Notes under the pieces: generated by a model | The model's database searches: none | Told to the model about the DNA's origin: nothing | What the model saw: the letters and a program-made list of their open reading frames with translations, nothing else | Program-made: the position numbers and the translations under genes | Assembly (NCBI RefSeq): GCF_009914755.1 | Contig: NC_060930.1 | Strand: one strand, 5' to 3' | DNA from: the human T2T-CHM13v2.0 reference genome, Homo sapiens | DNA length: 64,000 bases | In this document: positions 56,286-64,000 of the stretch, piece by piece | How positions within the stretch are numbered: the stretch's first letter is position 1 | Layout: each line of letters opens with the position of its first letter

Positions 56286-57202
56286 CACACAGCTCTTTGT
56301 ATTAGCTCCTGGTGTCCCCAAGACAGATGCTCTTCCCATTCTTCTCTGTTTTCTCCCAAATGGGATGGATATTACCATTTGGTCCCAGAGGGCAGTCAAC
56401 CTGAACAGTTGTAGCTGGCACTAGTCTCTACCTCCTCTTCACCCTAAATATCACGGATCACCCTACACCTGGTTCCATCATCATCATCTCCCATCATAAC
56501 ATTTATTAAGCACTTATTAGGCCCTAAATACTGAGCCAAGGGCTTTCCATACATCCACTGTTTAATTCTTAAGACAACCCTCTGATACCTGTGAGTCGGT
56601 TCCATTTACAATGAGGAAACTGAGCCTAATAGAGGTTAGAAACCTTACTCAAGGTCACATACATAGAGTGTGGCTGAGACAGGATTTGCCCCAGCCCTGT
56701 CTGATTCCAGAACTCTTGTCTTCTTCTCCACATTCCCTTCTGTGCCCTGCTAGAGTGACTTCCACAGAAGTTTTGTTTTCATGTTACTGCCTGTCTTTTT
56801 GCTGTTATTTACCTTTTGCTCTACTAACGCCTCCTCTGCACAGTGAGTGAATGCTTTTTTAAGGGGAGACTCTGTCTCGCTTTTCTTTACATCTCCCAGG
56901 ATATCAGCACAGTGCTGGGGGATTGCTCTGCTGAATCCACCTAATTCTCTCAACTTCAAGATGCAGTAGAGGGACCTCCAGCTTCTGTTTCATCGCCCAG
57001 TCCCTCCTGGGTCAGGCTGGACAAGCACCGTCTGCATGCATTGCCTCCTTTCCCTTTCCCATTTGTACCACATTACCTGATCCCATTCCAGTCCATCCCA
57101 AAGATATAAGAGGAAACTCCCATTAGTGGGCACTTCTGCTGGGCTGTCTACATCCCTCTCCCTGGTCCCCTCTTCCCCAGCCTGCTTACCCACTCTCCTT
57201 AC

Positions 57203-57265
57203 CTGCAGCAGCAGGAGCAGCAGCAGCAGCAGCCAGGGCCACCCTCAGAGCCCTGCCCCCTCCAC
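57203..57265 (-). pseudogene. TREM3 pseudogene leader exon (GTG in place of a start codon, in-frame TGA)
   Basis: VEGAGL*GWPWLLLLLLLLLQ|gtaag; poly-Leu signal-peptide relic 1.7 kb upstream of the IgV exon. Confidence 0.7.
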
Positions 57266-57754
57266 TCTATCTGCCACCCAGATGTGCTGTCTGCCGGCTG
57301 GCCCAGGGCCTCTTGTAGTTGCTGCAGGATGTTGCCCCACATACGCGGTCACCATCTCCCCATGAGGCTGGGTGGCTACTTTACAATTGACAAACCTTGG
57401 GGGAAGTGTGACTCGGGGAACAGCTCAGGAAGATGCAGAAAAAGAGAGGCAGGCTGGCCACCCTTGTGACAGCTTCCTTCCTGCCATCATGATGTCACAG
57501 TCCTGATGGGAACACTCAGTTGCTTCCCTTTCTGCACCATGGTGAGTCTAGACCCACCCACCTGATGTCCCCACTGCGTCACTCACCCCTTCAGGCCACC
57601 AACCTCCTCATCACTGACCACTGACCCCTACAACCCGCAAGCCTGCACCCCAGTCTCCCTGTGAAATGGTGCTGCGCAAACAAACATTGTTCATCCCCCA
57701 AGGCCGGGTTCAAGCCTTTCTGCTACATCCTCCCTCTTTAATATCACCCCGCAC

Positions 57755-57905
57755 CATGGTTCCCAAGGACAGGCACGTGGCTTCACTCAGGAAGTGTGGC
57801 AGACATACACACCCAGGCTCCACCACCAGATATTCTGACTTGGCAGATCTGGGAAGGGACCCAGGAATCTGTATTTTAGCAACAGCTTAGGTGGTTCTGA
57901 GGCAA
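57755..57905. mobile_element. MER5-like DNA transposon fragment
   Basis: ...CCCAGGAATCTGTATTTT...GGTGGTTCTGAGGCA motif. Confidence 0.5.
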
Positions 57906-60900
57906 GGAGTCCAAGTTGACCATGTCTGCAAGAGCTGCATATAGGTAAGATGGACCCTGCAGCATGTCTCGGTGACTCAGGGGCTTTGCCTGAGTACCAG
58001 GTATGGGCTTCCCTGAGCTAACCTGTCCAGGCACAGGCATGGAGACCCCAGTTATAACAGTAATAGCAGTAACCACCATGGATTGAAGTCCTACTGTGTG
58101 TCAGGTGCTTTACTCAGGCGTCTCCTTGGATCCTGTCAACATTGGGAGATGGTATAATGGAGGTGTGTCATCTTTTGACTCTCCAGTACCAAACACCTTT
58201 TTCTTTTGGGGGGACAGGCCCCAATGTGTGAGTTTCACCAGATGCAGAGTTCTGCTTCCCCTTCTATTGAGGATGGAAGCAGCTATTCCTCCCACCCTTC
58301 TCCCGGCAGCTGTGCTGCAGGCACGTGACTTGACCTAAGCCTGGCCACATGCATGATTCTGCCCAGGACCCCAGATCTGCGGATGAGGCTCAAATGCAGG
58401 GCCAGTTGCAGATTACTTACTCAGAGGCAATTTAAGGATTCAGAGTCTAGGAATAGCATGGTGGCCTCCAGTATCCAGGGCAGTGGCATTGATGGCAACA
58501 TGTCCAGACTGTCTCATGTGGCCTCTGCTGTCCATTCTCTCTTGGCTTCTGCCCATTTTCTAAACCCAATCCCCCAGCCTCTCATCAACTCTGAGTTACT
58601 GATATCCCCCTAGAATTCCCTTGCTGTTTTAGATAGCCAGAGTTGGATTCTGTTGTTAGCATCCAAAATCATCACTGGCATGGTTAGGCACTATCATGCC
58701 CATTAAGGCAAGGAGGAATATTGAAGCCCAGAAGGTTAACTGAGTCACCCAGGATCAGACACCCTGCAAGGATGCAGAGCTAGATTCAAACCCATACATG
58801 GTTTTCCTCCAAGACCTGTGTCGTTAGCCACACAACACTATTGTATCAGTCAAGATAACAGCAAGACACCGCTGGCTCATTGAAACTGGGTAATTGAGGA
58901 GCATTTAATAAACATGTGCATAGAATTTAGGGAATCCAGTAAGGGGTGCTTCAGTATGCTGAGGCTGGCAATAGTGGTGGGTCATTCCCACTGCTGGGCC
59001 TACAGAGGAGAGGATGGAACAGGTGGCTGGACTTGGAGATGGGAGCTGTTTGCTGAGAGGCTTGAAGGAGCCTTCAGAGGGGAATGCAGCCACTCCTGCC
59101 ACCACCTGCCAGGGAGGGAGCCCTGAGGACAGAAACCCTGATCTGACTGTCTCCCCACCCTCGGCTCTCCTCTCATGCTTCCCATTGGCTCAACCAGCCA
59201 GAAGCTGGCAGCCAGGGAGCCTGCTGGTTTAGCCACATTGGTCAGGTTCCCAGGCAGGATGGGGAGGATGGAGCATGGCGTGGCCTGTAAGTGCAAATGG
59301 GAGAGTATCCAGCACGGCCATTTGTCTTCCGATTTAGTGCATATAATATTTCAGTCACGTTTAATATGTTGGACTTAAATAACACTTGATCTATAATAAG
59401 TTAAGCACACAAGCATGCACTGGACCATGCAGTGGGTTATGTCTGGATGAATCTGTATGAATGTGTCATGGGCTTTGGTAAGGAGTGTAATGACTTTTTG
59501 GAAACAAGCTTGAGATCCACTAAGAGGGAGCTGTATACTAGTATACAGTAGGTCTGCAGGGGCCCTGGACTCATAAAGCATTTGCTTTATGCTCCAGGAG
59601 AATCTGATGCGGTGGCCTAAAGACCTCTGAAAAACATTGCCCTCATGTGTTCTGCCTCTCCTAGAGTGTATTTAATGATAATACCCCCTTGCCCTGGTCA
59701 CTTTGTCAACTTCATAAACAGGAACAATGCTGGGATTGCTGAAGTGTGGGGTTCCAGACCAGCAAGCTCAGCATTATTATAAACACTGCATCCTGTACAG
59801 TCACTGCCTCTGAGCTGCTTGGTTCTTTTAGGTAGGAAAATAAATGCACCAAGATTAACAGCTTCTGGATCTAGTGCGTCTGCAAAGATTCTCACCAGAG
59901 CATCAGGATGAAATAAATGCCCACCACACACCTTCTAATGGGCTCAAAATTGCGGTTCAGAAATCATCTCTCTAGGGTCATTACCATTACCTGGGCAGGT
60001 TCTGACAGAGCAGCATTTAGGGGAATGGGGAAGTCCTTATGCGATGGAGCAGTCTGGAAGCTGGACCTCCCCGTGCAGGGAACTTTTTCCACAGAAGTGG
60101 TGCTCATTGTAAAAATACATTTACCTAACATGAGACACACGGTATGTGTGGAAAAGTATGATTGCTCTTGGGAACTGAGGATAATATCTGCCCTGGGCAT
60201 CACTAAATTGGGCTGGAAGGACCCACCATCCTTTCCCCACCCATGAGGCCCATTTCCCTTTAAAGCTCAAAGTAGGAAATAACAAAATCCTGATTGAAAT
60301 CTGTGGGAGATTGCAAGACAATCTCCCACAGAGATTGTCTCTGTGGTGGCCTGAACACCTACCTGCTTCACCGGGGAGGGCACTGGAGAGAGCATGGAAA
60401 CTGAGGCAGGTGTTCCAGGAGCAGACTGAGAGAAGAGGAGGAGGGCAGAGTGGGGAACTAGGCAAGCACATGGGGACAGCCTCCAGAAGCCTCCCAGGGG
60501 GAGAGCTTTTACCCCACCATCCCTGACCCTTGTGTGATACAGGAAAAGAGGCATTTAGACACAGGCGGAACTCCTGGTTATTCTATTCTATATGGTTTTG
60601 GGGTCCTTCAGGTAAGGAGCGCTTCAGTTTTCACTCCTGCCAGTGGGCAGTGGCTTATTCATGTGGCCTCGTTCTAGTCACATACATTTCTGCCTTCACG
60701 GGGCTATTTTCAGGATCCAGCGATAAATGCACACAGGATGTCTGACATGGTCTGTTGTTGCTCTCCTATGGATCCCATCTCGGCCTGCCAGTATTTCCCC
60801 AGAAGAAGATACTCAGTTTAACTCTTTTCTCTGAGAAGGATGCACTTTCTCACCACGATGTCTTATTTCTCCAGGTTCCACAATCTTCAACACCCTTTTC

Positions 60901-61293
60901 TGGGAGTGTTGGAAAGAACCACACATAAGCATGAAACCCAAGTGTCTGATGCTAGAAAGAGGAAGTCCCAGCATGGGGCGAGCAGGATGCTTCTGTAGTG
61001 GGAGCTCTGTCCAGGTCAGGCCAAAATTGTATGGTCCAGGGCAAAACTGAGCAGGAAAAGTATCAGGTGTGCCTTCTGCATGTCACAGCCCCCACAAGAG
61101 AATTACGGTGAAAAGCATTGAACTGTCTGTATTTCATGCCAACCCCAAGTGGCTGGTGGAATGAAGGACCAAGCATGTTTGGGGCTGTAACTTCTTTTCT
61201 GAGGCACAAATGCCCACCCAAGATTATTAGAGGAACGAGGGCAGTGGGCAGGAAGGTGAGACGCTGACTTTAGAAATAGCTGGTGATTACAGA

Positions 61294-61299
61294 TTTAAT
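61294..61299 (-). terminator. TREM1: Probable proximal TREM1 poly(A) signal ATTAAA
   Basis: ATTAAA on the minus strand ~105 nt after the stop codon. Confidence 0.6.
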
Positions 61300-61403
61300 T
61301 CATGTTATTAACTCCCTGCCTTTTACCTCCTCCCTCCTCCCTTGGCACAACTGCCAGATGGATGTGGCTGGAAGTCAGAGGACATTCTCGTGGGTTCGTG
61401 GGC

Positions 61404-61509
61404 CTAGGGTACAAATGACCTCAGCGTGACAGCAAACAGGACAGAGAAGACCAGGCTCTTACTCAGGAATCCACCAGCCAGGAGAATGACAATGTTGAAC
61501 ACCGGAACC
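61404..61509 (-). CDS. TREM1: TREM1 last coding exon (TM with Lys and short tail); upstream exons lie beyond the window end
   Basis: ctcccgcag|(R)VPVFNIVILLAGGFLSKSLVFSVLFAVTLRSFVP* matches the recalled human TREM1 C-terminus. Confidence 0.96.
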
Positions 61510-63174
61510 CTGCGGGAGACAAGAGGCTGAACGCTACTGCTGGCAAAGTCTCTCCCACACGCACATGTTCCCTCTAGAAAATGCCTTCATGTCCCACTCT
61601 CCTCTGCTTAGATCCTTGCTCCACCTTTCCCGCACTGCCTGACCCTGTGCTTTTCAGTCTGTCTCATTGCCAAAAACTACTGATTAGAAACAATTCAGTG
61701 GAGAGTATAGGTCCCTGTCCAGGAGAGGCACTGGAGGGAGACAGTCGGGCTGATCAGCCCATCCTCCTCCCTGTGATGTGGTAGGGAGAGAGGACTCTGG
61801 CCAGGAAACCCGCTCTCTATTCTCAGTACCGTACCCTGCCTACTGGGATGGTCATCTCACCTCTTTAGCTCGGTTTCCTCACCTATAAACCGAGAAGAAT
61901 CCACCCGTAGTGAAAATCTCATCATGAATTTTATAGATTTTGGCAAAATGATTCTAAGGTTTCTGGGTAAACATCAATAGGTATCATAATAAAAAGATGC
62001 AAAGGAGTGAGGGCACTTGGCCAGTTCCATCAGCAGACAAGCAAGCAGATGAGAGCACAAGGATGTGGCATGGTAAGACACAGGGACAGACAGATGGCAA
62101 TGGAACAGAAAGGCCAGATGCAGAGCCAGTGCTATGCAGGAACATAATGTCTAAGGAAATCAGAGGTCCAGTGGATAAGCCGGACGTGGTAGCATGCACC
62201 CATGGTCCCAGCTACTTGGAGAGGCAGGAGGATCATTTAGTAAATAGTCTTGCAGTATCTGGACAGCAACATGGTAACGGTGTAGGCTTTTCTACAGTTT
62301 ATAGCATGTAGCAGAATAAATCTTCCCCCGGACTAAACATTTAAATAAAATAAAAAAAAAAACAATCCAAGAAAAGTCACCAGGAAATAGAATCAAACAC
62401 ATTAAGGAATAAAGCAAAGCAATTGATTTAAAATCAACACACCCACCTATACAAAACTTAAAACCACATGCACAAACTAGCAAAGAGGGAAACGGCGTAA
62501 AGGAGCTAGAAAGCAGAAAACTGCCTATTTGCCTGAAATCCACCCCCATTCAAGGGCCCTGACTTGTAGCACAGGGGACTACATTCCCAAGCCTGACTGG
62601 TCGAGTTCAGCAACTGGTGGGGGACAGGGGGCAGAGACGGGGGCAGGGATGGGGCAGAGAGACAGGCAGCAAGGGGCAGGGAGCCAGCATCTCTCTCACC
62701 CCTCACATGGTGGTGCACTCAGCATCCTCAGCATCTGCCCCGATTCCAGTGCTGCAACCTGAATGTCCTGGCTTCTGGGCTCTGCTCACTGCACCTCCTC
62801 CCCAAGTCTCTCCTGCCAGTGCTCTGCATTATCCACTCTGAGTGCTTTACCATTTTCCTATGCTGAACTCCTGGGGCATGTCCACTCCCAACAGGCCACC
62901 ATCTGCATTTTTTTCGAGGCTGCACACAAGCTACCAACCCCCTGAAGGGCCAGGAATTCATGTGCTTGGCCTTGGTTAGAGCTGCCCTTGCTCAGTTACT
63001 GCCCCTTATAGGGACAACTCCAAATGTGACCCAGGAGTCCCCAGAGCTCCTTAACAAGACTGAGCCAGAGTTATCCTGTGAGATACCCCTTGGTTATGAC
63101 ACGCTTGCTTGGCTTCCTTCCCTTCCTGGTCCCACTTCCTCAATGGCTTTGCCAGAAATCACTTCCTAAAACAT

Positions 63175-63505
63175 TTTTCTTTTTGTCTTTTTTTTTTTTT
63201 TTTTTTTAGAGAGAAAGAGAGCAGGATCTTGCTCTGTTGCCCAGGCTGGAGTACAGTGGCTTGATCACAGCTCACTGAAGCCTTGATCTCCCAGGCTCAA
63301 GTGATCCTCCTGCCTCAGCCTCCCGAGTAGCTGGGACCATGGGTGCATGCCACCATGCCCTGCTAATTTTTTTATTATTTTTTTTGTAAAGACGGAGTCT
63401 TGCTATGTTGCCCAAGCTAATCTCAAATTCCTGGGCTCAAGTGATTCTCCCACCTCAGCCCGCCAAAGTGCTGGGATTATATGTGTGAGCCACCACACCT
63501 AGTCC
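63175..63505 (-). mobile_element. Alu (AluJ-like)
   Basis: Antisense dimer with poly-T. Confidence 0.85.
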
Positions 63506-63665
63506 TAAAACATTTTAACAAGACTTTACAGCTTGCTTCTGGGGAAACTACCTAGAGATAGGGTGATAGTGGCTACCTCTGCAGTGCCTCTCCATCCCCA
63601 GGATAGCGTCTCAGCTCTTCCATCACCTGGGCAAACAATTCCCTGCATTAAATTCCTTCGTTTCA

Positions 63666-63965
<300 letters not shown>

Positions 63966-64000
63966 GCTTCTTCTTTTCAAACAGCTAGTGTGGATTCCAC

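Overview
Human (primate) genomic DNA from the 6p21.1 TREM receptor cluster. Left to right: the 5' part of the TREML4-like pseudogene TREML3P (- strand); an orphan TREM3-type transmembrane exon (+ strand, ~7.85 kb); the complete TREML4 coding sequence (+, 5 coding exons, 200 aa); a retroposed 5S rRNA pseudogene; TREML5P (+, TREML2-like leader and IgV exons) followed by an unrelated NKp44/Trem4-type IgV relic and a TREM1-type stalk exon; a ~11 kb nested L1/LTR/Alu block; the leader and IgV exons of the TREM3 pseudogene (- strand, 55-57 kb); and the last coding exon and 3'UTR of TREM1 (- strand). The main structural signal is that TREM3 appears split into two halves ~47 kb apart on opposite strands, and TREML4/TREML5P are inverted duplicates of TREML3P/TREML2. 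Together these point to one primate inversion-duplication that broke TREM3. TREML4 itself looks like a 'rescued' ORF: a frameshifted leader, a destroyed ancestral splice acceptor compensated by a cryptic one, and a stop codon inside the TM helix. Gene identities rest on recalled protein sequences and repeat subfamily names are by-eye calls; no searches were run.
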